Source: Armatimonadota bacterium (GTDB taxonomy: Bacteria; Armatimonadota; HRBIN16). Taken from it: a stretch of DNA of 64,000 bases. The stretch spans positions 1,689-65,688 of the forward strand of contig JBMFOT010000007.1 in NCBI GenBank assembly GCA_049969495.1. Reading direction: 5' to 3'. Both the position numbers and the translations under genes were made by a program. Below are positions 45,646 to 54,794 of this stretch, piece after piece; position 1 is the first letter of the stretch, and each line of letters starts with the position of its first letter. Below the pieces are notes generated by a model. It saw only the letters and a list, made by a program, of their open reading frames with translations, was not told the DNA's origin and searched no databases.

Positions 45646-46419
45646 CTATCGTCTGAGTACAAATGGGATCACTGCCCGTGCCTGCTCCATTTCATCACTG
45701 GCCGCGATCACCTCCAACAGATAGGCGCCTGCAGGCAGTGCAGTGCCTGAAGTATCTCTGCCGTCCCACTGTACGTTTTGCACCCCCGCACTGCGGGCGA
45801 CCGCCTTTTCTATCTCACGCACTATCTTGCCGCTGGCGGAAAGCACTCGCACCTGCGTGCTGGCAGGCTGACTGAGCATAAACTGCATCCCTATCATGCT
45901 GCCGCGAGTTTGCTGCACCTTGACCTGTGAGATGCGCAAAGGCAAGCGGGCATCAGTGTCCATCTCCACCACAAACTGTCGGCGCGTGACGCCTTTGCCG
46001 CTGCGGAAGGTATAGGAGGGGGCGGTGCGCATCCATAGACGACGCCCTGTTGCCGTATCCAGCAGTCTCAGGTTCACCTGTCGGGGAACCTTCGCCGTAT
46101 TCTCCCAGCGCAGTACCACATCGGCGTCCTCGACGTCCGTCTCCACTGTAAACTCCCAGCGGGTGCGCGCTCGGCTAAAGGCGCGAACGTCTACCGAGCC
46201 ACCGTGCGCGAAGGTAAGGCGAACCCGCGCCGGGTTGCCCGGGGCAGGTGGAGGGTCTATAAAAGCGCGGGAGACTTTGCTCTGTCCGAAGAGGTTATCC
46301 GAATCTTGATAAATGCCTGCCTGAACGCTGAGACGCACGCTCCAGGCGCGAAAAACTTCGTTTTGTGCAGAAACGGCACTTGCCAACAGCGCCAAACCGA
46401 GCAGTAAACAGCGCACCAT
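45646..46419 (-). CDS. Secreted protein with a C-terminal FlgD-Ig-like domain
   Basis: Signal peptide (AVSA-Q); QWDGRDTSGTALPAGAYLLEV motif. Confidence 0.8.
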   Translation of the reverse strand: MVRCLLLGLALLASAVSAQNEVFRAWSVRLSVQAGIYQDSDNLFGQSKVSRAFIDPPPAPGNPARVRLTFAHGGSVDVRAFSRARTRWEFTVETDVEDADVVLRWENTAKVPRQVNLRLLDTATGRRLWMRTAPSYTFRSGKGVTRRQFVVEMDTDARLPLRISQVKVQQTRGSMIGMQFMLSQPASTQVRVLSASGKIVREIEKAVARSAGVQNVQWDGRDTSGTALPAGAYLLEVIAASDEMEQARAVIPFVLRR

Positions 46420-46567
46420 ATCGGCTTCCTCCTCACCCTCAGGTGTTGTCAGCAGAAACGTAGATGCCTGCTAGGGAATCTGCTGTGTATTTTCCGCTGG
46501 AAAATTCTCGGCAAGGTTGAGAGATTCCTCTAGGTTTGTTTACTGGAGAGGGGACCTGGGGAAAACG

Positions 46568-47743
46568 CTACTTCTCGGAGCCGGGCAGGTTGAACCACCG
46601 ACGCTGACCGGCGATATACAACAGCGTTCCCCCAACGATGCCCACCACGTAACCGTAGGGCAGACCCACCACCGCCATCGCCACCAGCAGGGCGAGCCAC
46701 ATCTCCGCCGGTTGTGACATCCGGTCGCGCAGCAGCACCATCAACCCCAACCCCTCGAACAGCAACACCACTCCCAGAATGGGCATGGGGAACACCTGCA
46801 CCGCCTGGTGGAATCCTTTGCTGAGAAAAAGTCCCAGTAACAGGTACATGCCGCCGTAGATAACGGGCGCGCCTCCGGTACGCGCCCCAAAAGCGTAAAA
46901 CCCGGCGAGCCCACCGCAGCCGTGACAGGTAGGCACTCCGCCGAACAGGGGATTGATCAGGTTCATGAGCGAGTAGGTCAGCCCGATGCGCCGGATACTT
47001 ACCGCTTTTTCGGGGAACAGGTCGTGCAGGGTCTGGCTGGTTGCAACCACCGAGTTGCTGAGCGACAGCGGTATCTGGGGCAAAGCCAGCAGTAACGCCC
47101 CTTGCAGGATAGCATCGCGCGAGGGAATCTGCAAATGGGGCAGGCTGAAGCCGATAGAGCGCGCTAGCTGCGCGAAGTCCATTTTGAACAGAACCGCATA
47201 CACAACGCCGACGCCGATGAGTACCAGCGCAGCAGGCACATGCCGGTATCTCCTGAGCCAGAGAAACGCGGCGAACCCTGCCGCTGCCAGCAGATACCCT
47301 ACAGCACCTGAGGATTGCACATAATCCTTCAGCGCAAGGGAGCAGAGGCTCACACCCAGCCCAAATTGAATGCCGCGCACCACACTGAGCGGAATCACCT
47401 TCGCCAGCCAGTCCAGTCCCCCGCTGAGGCTCAACAGCAGCATGGCGATACCGATGGCTAAACCACCACCGTATAGCAACTCCGGCGAGAGCTTTTGTGA
47501 CAACATAATCACCGCCATCGCTTTCAACGGCTGCACGGGCATCGGCAGCCCATATAGAAGCCCCGTCAGCACCTGCATCGTCCCAAAGAGGATAAGCACG
47601 CTGGCGGCGTCCAGTCCACAGGTGGCGACCAATCCCACCAGCAACGGTAAATCGGTGCCGATGTCCCCGAATGCCCCCGCCAGCTCATGACGGTCAAATC
47701 GGATACGCTGAGAGCGAAGTAGATTACCCACAGACCCCCCCAT
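46568..47743 (-). CDS. Putative molybdate/sulfate transporter (MOT1 family)
   Basis: ELAGAFGDIGT, PMPVQPLKA, PTCHGCGGLAG..FGARTG. Confidence 0.88.
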   Translation of the reverse strand: MGGSVGNLLRSQRIRFDRHELAGAFGDIGTDLPLLVGLVATCGLDAASVLILFGTMQVLTGLLYGLPMPVQPLKAMAVIMLSQKLSPELLYGGGLAIGIAMLLLSLSGGLDWLAKVIPLSVVRGIQFGLGVSLCSLALKDYVQSSGAVGYLLAAAGFAAFLWLRRYRHVPAALVLIGVGVVYAVLFKMDFAQLARSIGFSLPHLQIPSRDAILQGALLLALPQIPLSLSNSVVATSQTLHDLFPEKAVSIRRIGLTYSLMNLINPLFGGVPTCHGCGGLAGFYAFGARTGGAPVIYGGMYLLLGLFLSKGFHQAVQVFPMPILGVVLLFEGLGLMVLLRDRMSQPAEMWLALLVAMAVVGLPYGYVVGIVGGTLLYIAGQRRWFNLPGSEK

Positions 47744-47807
47744 GAACCTGTCAGCGTTGAGACCGCAGTTTAAGTGTTTGTGGTAACGTGCTTCATCTCC
47801 TACTTGC

Positions 47808-47880
47808 TGTCATTCTGAGCGAAGCGAAGAATTTCATTTTATCGTCATATCGAGATGCTTCGCTGACGCTCAGCATGACA
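47808..47880. repeat. Palindromic element family B, copy 3
   Basis: TGTCATTCTGAGCGAAGCGAAGAAT..GAGATGCTTCGCTGACGCTCAGCATGACA. Confidence 0.9.
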
Positions 47881-47944
47881 CAATAGACTGCATCGCGCCT
47901 TTGGGCAGAACGCACATGTCCAAAGATTGACGAGAGGTCAAGTA

Positions 47945-48271
47945 CTACGGCAGTTGCCTCAGCAAGGCAGAACTGATAGCCCACAGGCTCAGCGCAAATA
48001 CTGTTATCGCGGCTACCGCTGCGCCCAAAAGACTGCGTCCCGACCGCGCGAATCGGAGACGGTCGTATACAGCCCCGCCGGATTCGACAAACAAAGGGAT
48101 TGCCAGAGCGGCCATCACAGAGCAAACAAGCATCCCCAGCCATGCCTGCTGGGGCAGGTGCCACCTCCATGCGCCGTACAGGGCGATACTTATTATCGCC
48201 CAGCAGGCAGGGCTGGTCACCATCAGCCACAGGCACATCGTCCACAGCCTCATGAACGCCCTCACTGCCAT
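47945..48271 (-). CDS. Small membrane protein, possibly a truncated ABC-2 permease
   Basis: 108 aa, ~3 TMs, overlaps the ATPase stop; VESGG..DRL resembles the ABC-2 coupling loop. Confidence 0.5.
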   Translation of the reverse strand: MAVRAFMRLWTMCLWLMVTSPACWAIISIALYGAWRWHLPQQAWLGMLVCSVMAALAIPLFVESGGAVYDRLRFARSGRSLLGAAVAAITVFALSLWAISSALLRQLP

Positions 48272-49098
48272 CCTCCCTCGCGTAACAGAGCGGTCAGCAC
48301 ATCCTCTATTGTGGGCATACGCTGGAGGATGAGTTCCCTTGCTATGCCGTTACCTTGCGTTATGATACCCTCTTGGCTTTGCCGGATGTATACTTTCAGC
48401 GATTGCTGTTTGTCAAAATCTTGTGCCGACTGTAGGCGCACCACGCCGGGCGTCGCCCGGGTACGCAGTCGCTCCGGTGTATCCATCGCCAGTAACTGTC
48501 CTTCATGAAGCAGTAGCACACGGTCCGCCATCTCCGCCTCGCGGGCGGAATGGGTAGCGTAAATCAGTGCAAGCTCGCGTCGGGCACAGCGGGCGTCCAC
48601 TTCTTCCCAGAACCTTGTTCGCGTCGCCTCGTCCAGCGTGTCCAGCAACCCGTCTACCACCAGCAGACGCGACGCTACCGCCATCGCGCAGCACATCTCC
48701 AGCTTCGCCTGCTCACCGGGGGAGAGACGGCTCACAGTTTTCTGCCGGTGCGCCCACAGGTGCCAACCGCTCAGCAGCTCATGGATTCGGCTTCCATGCG
48801 GTGAGAGGAAGACGCCGTGTAACTGGGCGCACCAGAGAATCTGTTGTAAGGTGGTGGTGCGCGGGAGCAGGCGAGGGCGTTGCGCGGCGTAGCCTGTGCT
48901 GGAACGGGGCACGTGCCAGACCACCTCTCCGCGATAGCGGATGAGCCCCAGCGAGGCACGCAGAAGGGTCGTTTTGCCCGAGCCGCTGTGCCCATATATA
49001 CACAACCGCTCCCCCTCGCGCAGGGTGAACGAAATCGCCGAGCGCACACGGGGCGGCACACTCAAATCACGCACTTCCAGAACAATCGGCGTTGCCAT
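48262..49098 (-). CDS. ABC transporter ATP-binding protein (degenerate)
   Basis: Walker A GHSGSGKT, signature LSPGEQ, Walker B LLVVDG, H-loop YATHS. Confidence 0.85.
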   Translation of the reverse strand: MATPIVLEVRDLSVPPRVRSAISFTLREGERLCIYGHSGSGKTTLLRASLGLIRYRGEVVWHVPRSSTGYAAQRPRLLPRTTTLQQILWCAQLHGVFLSPHGSRIHELLSGWHLWAHRQKTVSRLSPGEQAKLEMCCAMAVASRLLVVDGLLDTLDEATRTRFWEEVDARCARRELALIYATHSAREAEMADRVLLLHEGQLLAMDTPERLRTRATPGVVRLQSAQDFDKQQSLKVYIRQSQEGIITQGNGIARELILQRMPTIEDVLTALLREGGWQ

Positions 49099-49104
49099 CT
49101 CCGC

Positions 49105-51630
49105 TCACCGCGCTCGACGCACAAAGCGTGTCTGCATCAGCACCCAGGGTTCGAAAGCAGAACACCACCCTCTATCGCCGGTGAGTGCGATGCGCACACC
49201 GGCCAGCGCATTTACCTGCCAGCGAATCGCCCCGCGCGGGATGCCGATGCGATATAGCAATCGCCCATCGGGTAGCGTGCTAACCTCCAGCGAAGGAGCG
49301 GGGGCTTCCACCCACGTGCCCAGCGCGCCATCCCACACACGGGCGGTGATTTCCGGCTCCTCGACGCCCCGTACGCGCAGGCGCACGTTCAGATTGTCAT
49401 TGCCCGAGAACCAGCCGTTGTTCTCGGCGTCGATGTCTATCTCCGCATCGCAGGCTTCGTGACAGGCGATGGCGAACTGCAGTTCCCACTCGTTCCATGC
49501 GGCGAAGATGTCGGCGGACAGGAAGCGGTTCCGCGCCTGCGCATAGCGGAACCAGCCCTCCGGTGAGCTCCGAAGGTCTCCGTACGGGATGAGCAGCACC
49601 GCCTCACGCGGCAAACGCCATGTCGCACCTTCCTCGCGATACCCGATGCCATCGGGCAAGCCGTTGTCCAGTCGGTAGCCAAAGAAAAGGCCTGCCATCG
49701 CCTTGCGTAGGTCATCGGAGCGTGCGTTGCCCGGGCGGGCCATCCTGCCGAGCCGTTTCTCGTCCAGAGGCAGGCGCGAGTCGTCATCGGGAATGCCGTT
49801 GCCGTTGAGGTCATCCACCTCCCACACCTTGCCGAAGCGCATCTGGAACCAGTCGTTGGGGTTCCACTTTCGGCAGATAAAGGCGTTGACATCCCAGTGC
49901 TGACCGTATCGGCCCGGGTGGATGGTGGGGTCGGGATGATTCAGCCAGAACTTTTGCACGCCGCTACGGTCAAAGAAAAAGTCCAGCTGGTGACTATACT
50001 CGTGGCACAGCAGCCACGCCAGCTTCCCGCTGATGGCGAAAGTGGAGTAGCCGAAAGTGGTCAACCCTCCGCCTCCCACATCCCCCAGCTGGTCGGGTTT
50101 GCTGACATCGTAGCCCGGCGATGCCCATATCGCGATGATACTGTCGTAGTCTTCCACCTTTTTGCCTTGCGCTTCCAGTATCGGGCGTACCTGCTCACGC
50201 ACGTTCTCCGGCGCCATCCATCCGCGACGCACACGGGCGGTCGGCTCGTCCAGGAACAGGTAGTCCTTCAGGTTTAGATTCAGGCGGAAGTGCGTGTTGC
50301 GGAAATACCACTCGCGTGCCTTCTCGAACTCTCTCTGCAACTTATCGCCGATTTGCTCGCGAGCAAGGGTATGTACCGTGCCATCCACATCTGCCTTCAG
50401 ATAGACGACCGTTAGCACGTCCAGCGTGAGCACGTGCATCTTGCCTCTTGGCGGTGCGCTCAGGAAAGAGTACACCTTTGAGAGGTTGCTCCCTTCCTCG
50501 CCGATGGTAGGCAGGGCAGGAGAGAAGCGATAGAAGATACGGGTTGACACAGGCAGTCCCCGCAGTCGTACCAGCATCTCGCGCCGTGCGCCCTGCCAGC
50601 GAACGGTTTGCTTACGCCACGAAGCGGGGTTGTTTTCGTCCGTGCCGTACCAGACCACCGCTTCGGTGGTGGGGAAAGCACTTCGCCAACGAATCGCCGC
50701 CTCGCGGGGTTGCAGAGAGACCACCGGGTCGGGTTCGCTCAGGTCGGCAGGCAGGATAACCAGACGGTCGTTCACCTCGTCCGCCAGCACCACGCGGTCG
50801 TCCGGCAGCAGGGCGATTCCGCCTGCACGCCCCATCCCGCCCAGCGAGAAGAGTCCGGTGTGCGCCACGCGGTCACCTCGCTCGGTGATGATGCGGATTG
50901 CTCCGCCGTCCTCATAGTAACCGATCGCCCCCAGTGTGACCAGTTGTCCGCGCGAGTTCACGCACACCTGCAACGGGTCCAGCCATGCGGGTACATCCTT
51001 CACCAACTGCGCCTCACCGCGCAGATCGGAGTAGCGATAAATCTTCACGCGGTGGCGGTTGGTGCGTCGGTCGGTATCGGTGACCAGCACGCGCCCGCGG
51101 CGGTCTACGGTAATGCTGGTAGGGTTCACCAGCTGCTCCGGTTGCTGCCCCGCTCCGGCGAAGGTGGTAATCGGTTTGCCGTCGGGAGTAAGCACGTGTA
51201 CGCGATTGTCGGGGCGCGTGAGCAGGAAGATCCGTCCGGTGGAATCTACCGCCAAATCGACCACATCCTGCGTTTCATCCACAGGCAGGGGTAGCGTGCG
51301 CAGGTAGGCACAGGGTGGTCGCGAATCGAAGATTTGCACGCGCCGCGCGGGGGCGTCCAGTATCCATACCTCTTCGCGCACCAGCAGCACGCGCTGTGGA
51401 AAGTGCACCTCTTGTTCGCCTGTGCCGCGCGGAGCGGATTGAGCCAGTATCCTTCCCGATGGAGAAACTACCTTGAGTGTCGTGTCGTCTATCGTGGCAA
51501 CGAAAAACGTACCGTCCGCTCCCACTGCCACGCTATGCGGTTGCTTTAGCGGTTGCGCAGACGATGGTGCGGGCAGGTTATGAAACTGCCCCCACAGACA
51601 CACCAGAAGGGCAACAACGCCTATTCGCAT
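49105..51630 (-). CDS. Secreted NHL-repeat protein with an FN3-like domain and an HExxH motif
   Basis: Signal peptide; NHL repeats (P.S.AVG.DG, NPTSITVDRRGRVLVTD); HEYSH; DDLNGNGIPDD. Confidence 0.8.
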   Translation of the reverse strand: MRIGVVALLVCLWGQFHNLPAPSSAQPLKQPHSVAVGADGTFFVATIDDTTLKVVSPSGRILAQSAPRGTGEQEVHFPQRVLLVREEVWILDAPARRVQIFDSRPPCAYLRTLPLPVDETQDVVDLAVDSTGRIFLLTRPDNRVHVLTPDGKPITTFAGAGQQPEQLVNPTSITVDRRGRVLVTDTDRRTNRHRVKIYRYSDLRGEAQLVKDVPAWLDPLQVCVNSRGQLVTLGAIGYYEDGGAIRIITERGDRVAHTGLFSLGGMGRAGGIALLPDDRVVLADEVNDRLVILPADLSEPDPVVSLQPREAAIRWRSAFPTTEAVVWYGTDENNPASWRKQTVRWQGARREMLVRLRGLPVSTRIFYRFSPALPTIGEEGSNLSKVYSFLSAPPRGKMHVLTLDVLTVVYLKADVDGTVHTLAREQIGDKLQREFEKAREWYFRNTHFRLNLNLKDYLFLDEPTARVRRGWMAPENVREQVRPILEAQGKKVEDYDSIIAIWASPGYDVSKPDQLGDVGGGGLTTFGYSTFAISGKLAWLLCHEYSHQLDFFFDRSGVQKFWLNHPDPTIHPGRYGQHWDVNAFICRKWNPNDWFQMRFGKVWEVDDLNGNGIPDDDSRLPLDEKRLGRMARPGNARSDDLRKAMAGLFFGYRLDNGLPDGIGYREEGATWRLPREAVLLIPYGDLRSSPEGWFRYAQARNRFLSADIFAAWNEWELQFAIACHEACDAEIDIDAENNGWFSGNDNLNVRLRVRGVEEPEITARVWDGALGTWVEAPAPSLEVSTLPDGRLLYRIGIPRGAIRWQVNALAGVRIALTGDRGWCSAFEPWVLMQTRFVRRAR

Positions 51631-51647
51631 TCCTCACCTCCCACCTT

Positions 51648-51676
51648 ATGTTACGGAAGGGAGGGCAGGGTGTCAA
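51648..51676 (-). promoter_or_regulatory. Sigma70 promoter for the NHL-ABC operon
   Basis: TTGACA-N17-TAACAT on the minus strand. Confidence 0.7.
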
Positions 51677-51690
51677 GGGCATCTGCAAGA

Positions 51691-53085
51691 TTACTTCTCT
51701 TGCCCGATAACCTTCACCAGCTCGCCGAGGTACGCCTTCGCGTCACCGAAGAGCATGAGCGTTTTATCCATGTAGTACAGTTCGTTCTCGATACCGGCGA
51801 AGCCGGGGTTCATACTGCGTTTAATCACCATCACCGTGCGTGCCCTGTCCGCCTCGATGATGGGCATGCCGTAAATGGGGCTGTTCTTGTCGTGCTTGGC
51901 GGCGGGGTTCACCACATCGTTCGCGCCGATAACCAGCGCAACGTCGGTGTGTGGCAGTTCGGAGTTGATGTCCTCCATCTCAAGCAGGCGGTCGTAGGGG
52001 ATGTCCGCCTCCGCCAGTAGCACGTTCATGTGCCCGGGCATACGCCCCGCGACAGGGTGGATGCCGAATTTCACGTCGATGCCGCGCCGGGTCAGCAGGT
52101 CAAACAGCTCGCGCACCTTGTGCTGCGCCTGTGCTACCGCCATACCGTATCCGGGGATGATGGCTACCGAGGAGGCTGCCAGCAGGATGTCCGCTGCCTC
52201 TTCAGGCGTGGCACTGCGCACCGTGCGTTCTTCTGCCTTCAGCGCTTGCGGTGATACCTGTCCGAATGCACCGAACAGCACATTGGTAAACGAGCGGTTC
52301 ATCGCCTTGCACATGATAATGGAAAGGATAAAGCCCGACGAGCCGTCCAGTGCGCCTGCGATAATCAGCAGCTTGTTCTGCAGCACGAAGCCCATCGCCG
52401 ACGCCGAGATGCCCGCATAGGAGTTCAGCAGGGCAATTACCGTCGGCATATCTGCGCCACCGATAGGCAGGATCAACATCACGCCGAAAGCCAGCGCAAG
52501 GGCAATGAAAATCGGGAACAACCCAATCTGCGCGGGGTTTATCGTCAGGTAAACGCCGATGGCGACCGCTATTGCTAGCACCGAAAGGTTCACGAAGTTC
52601 TGCCCGCGATACACTATCGGGCGGGTGGGTATCAGCTCCTGCAGCTTGCCGAACGCCATCAGACTGCCCGTGAAGGTGAGGAAACCAAGCAACACCTCGA
52701 AGCAAAGCACCGCCATGATGAAGGGGGTTAGCCGCTCGGGGTCATGCTGGTTCCACAGATAGTACTTGGCGGTTCCCACCAGCCCTACCGCCAGACCGCC
52801 GAAGGAGTGCGAGAGAGCGGTTCGCTGGGGCACATGTGTCATCGGCATCAGGTAGGCAATGGGGATGCCGATCGCCGAGCCGATAAGCAGGGTGAGGATA
52901 ATCCACTTGTAGCTCACAATTTGGGGCAACAGTAGCGTCCCCGCAATCGCCAGAATCATGCCGATTTCGCCTGCGATCACGCCGCGTCGGGCGGTCGGCA
53001 CTGCGCTGAGCCATTTCAGCGACAGGATGAACAGCGCAGCGGCGATGATGTAGCTGGTCTGCGTAAAGATAGCCTGTGCGCTCAT
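51691..53085 (-). CDS. pntB: NAD(P) transhydrogenase beta subunit
   Basis: ALSHSFGGL, LLNSYAG, PGYGMAVAQAQH, HPVAGRMPGHMNVLLAEA. Confidence 0.97.
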   Translation of the reverse strand: MSAQAIFTQTSYIIAAALFILSLKWLSAVPTARRGVIAGEIGMILAIAGTLLLPQIVSYKWIILTLLIGSAIGIPIAYLMPMTHVPQRTALSHSFGGLAVGLVGTAKYYLWNQHDPERLTPFIMAVLCFEVLLGFLTFTGSLMAFGKLQELIPTRPIVYRGQNFVNLSVLAIAVAIGVYLTINPAQIGLFPIFIALALAFGVMLILPIGGADMPTVIALLNSYAGISASAMGFVLQNKLLIIAGALDGSSGFILSIIMCKAMNRSFTNVLFGAFGQVSPQALKAEERTVRSATPEEAADILLAASSVAIIPGYGMAVAQAQHKVRELFDLLTRRGIDVKFGIHPVAGRMPGHMNVLLAEADIPYDRLLEMEDINSELPHTDVALVIGANDVVNPAAKHDKNSPIYGMPIIEADRARTVMVIKRSMNPGFAGIENELYYMDKTLMLFGDAKAYLGELVKVIGQEK

Positions 53086-53393
53086 GATGACTTCCCTCGC
53101 TCACCCGGTTCACGCTTCTTGAACATCTTTAACATGCGGTCGGTGATCAGGAAACCGCTGACCACGTTGATGGTGGAGGCGGTCACTGCCAGCGCGCCCA
53201 GCACGGTGGTCAAAGTGGTCTCCTGCGCTCCCAGTATCACCAGCGAACCCACTAGGCTAATCGCCGAGATGGCGTTGGTGAGGGACATCAGGGGCGTATG
53301 CAGTAGAGGCGATACACGGCGTATCACCTCGAAACCCAGGAACGTCGCCAGCACGAACACATAAAGGTTGCTGAGAATATCTTGCAGTGTCAT
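53082..53393 (-). CDS. pntA: NAD(P) transhydrogenase alpha subunit part 2 (membrane)
   Basis: VSPLLHTPLMSLTNAIS, GFLITDRMLKMF. Confidence 0.95.
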   Translation of the reverse strand: MTLQDILSNLYVFVLATFLGFEVIRRVSPLLHTPLMSLTNAISAISLVGSLVILGAQETTLTTVLGALAVTASTINVVSGFLITDRMLKMFKKREPGERGKSS

Positions 53394-53405
53394 TTTGCTT
53401 CCTCC

Positions 53406-54563
53406 TTACGTGCTCAAGCCGAGCTTCTCGCGCACGCGCGGATGAACGACCTGTCCGTCGCGCGTTAACAGGGTGTCGCGGATAATCTGGTCTTCCGTGT
53501 CCAGACTCAGCTCCCCGTCTTGAAGTAGGTTGACGGTGAAGCTGCCGATGTTTCTGGCGTACAACTGGCTGGCATGGTACGGCATGGTAGCAGGCAGGTT
53601 CAGAGGTCCGATGATGGTTACCCCTTGATGCACTACCGTTTGCCCGGGCTGGGTCAGCTCGCAGTTACCTCCGCGCTCTGCGGCGAGGTCCACGATAACC
53701 GAGCCGGGGCGCATTCCCTCCACCATCTCCCGCGTGATGAGCACCGGAGCGCGCTGTCCGGGCACTGCGGCGGTGGTGATCACCACATCGTTTTCGGGCA
53801 GCACGTCCCTCATCATCTCCGCCTGCCGTCGGTAGAAGTCCTCACCCAGTGCCTTTGCATAGCCACCGGCGTCCTGCGCGTCCTGTACCTCCAGCGGCAG
53901 CTCCACGAAACGGGCGCCGAGGCTCTCCACCTGCTCGCGCACGGCGGGACGCACGTCATACGCGCTGACCACCGCTCCCAGCCGTCTCGCGGTGGCAATC
54001 GCCTGCAAGCCCGCCACTCCCGCGCCGATGACGAATACACGGGCAGGGGTAATCGTGCCTGCCGCCGTCATCATCATGGGGAAGATTTTGGAGAGCGAAT
54101 TCGCGGCTAAGAGCACCGCCTTGTAGCCCGCGAGGTTCGATTGGGAAGAGAGCACGTCCATCGGCTGAGCGCGTGTGATGCGGGGAACCAGCTCCAGTGC
54201 GAAAGCGATGATGCCCTTCTGCGCCGCCTCGGCGATGGGCTCCGGTACCCACAGCGGGTCCATCATCGCTATCCACACCTGTCCTTCCCGCGCCAGCGAC
54301 AGGTCAGCCTGCCAGCCGTCGGGGTTTGCCCCCAACGCACGTACCTGCAGCACAATGTCTGCTCCGGCGATTACCTCCTCGCGCGTCGGCAGGACGGTAG
54401 CTCCAGCATCGGCGTACTCCAGGTCGGAGAACCCCGCTGCTCTGCCCGCTCCTGCCTGCACCAGTACTTCCGCCTTCGCTTTCTTCAGCGCGGCAATCGC
54501 AGAGGGAACCAGCGCGACCCGCGTCTCGCCCGGAAAGGTCTCTTGCGTTATTCCAATGCGCAT
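53406..54563 (-). CDS. pntA: NAD(P) transhydrogenase alpha subunit part 1 (soluble dI)
   Basis: ETRVALVP, PRITRAQPMDVLSSQ, GAGVAGLQAI, GGYAK, DLAAERGGNC. Confidence 0.96.
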   Translation of the reverse strand: MRIGITQETFPGETRVALVPSAIAALKKAKAEVLVQAGAGRAAGFSDLEYADAGATVLPTREEVIAGADIVLQVRALGANPDGWQADLSLAREGQVWIAMMDPLWVPEPIAEAAQKGIIAFALELVPRITRAQPMDVLSSQSNLAGYKAVLLAANSLSKIFPMMMTAAGTITPARVFVIGAGVAGLQAIATARRLGAVVSAYDVRPAVREQVESLGARFVELPLEVQDAQDAGGYAKALGEDFYRRQAEMMRDVLPENDVVITTAAVPGQRAPVLITREMVEGMRPGSVIVDLAAERGGNCELTQPGQTVVHQGVTIIGPLNLPATMPYHASQLYARNIGSFTVNLLQDGELSLDTEDQIIRDTLLTRDGQVVHPRVREKLGLST

Positions 54564-54651
54564 GGCTGTAACCCGTGATACCAGAATAAATGAACTCGCT
54601 GTACTTTATTCACGTGGGGAAAAGGTATTTCCTGCTTGCAAAACGCCGGAA

Positions 54652-54668
54652 TTGTGAAATTCTTACAA
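54652..54668. promoter_or_regulatory. Rex-like operator candidate upstream of pnt
   Basis: TTGTGAA-ATT-CTTACAA: one perfect Rex half-site, but 17 bp instead of the 18-bp consensus. Confidence 0.4.
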
Positions 54669-54690
54669 TATAGGGTGCCGGCTGAAACTA

Positions 54691-54782
54691 TTAACCTATC
54701 CCCCCGACCCCCTTCCCTGCGAAGGAAGCGTCGAGTCGAGGCTCCCCGCTCCTCGTAGGAGAGGGGCCGGGGGAGAGGTTAA
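54691..54782. repeat. Palindromic element family A, copy 2
   Basis: Bounded by perfect TTAACCT / AGGTTAA; internal ccccttccctgcga and gaggggccggggga; similar to 9109-9189. Confidence 0.8.
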
Positions 54783-54794
54783 TACACGCACCGC

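Noticed and set aside
53082-54563. Split pntA as a frameshifted pseudogene
   Set aside because: A two-part alpha subunit is the established organisation in Rhodospirillum/Thermus-type transhydrogenases, and both parts have proper starts.
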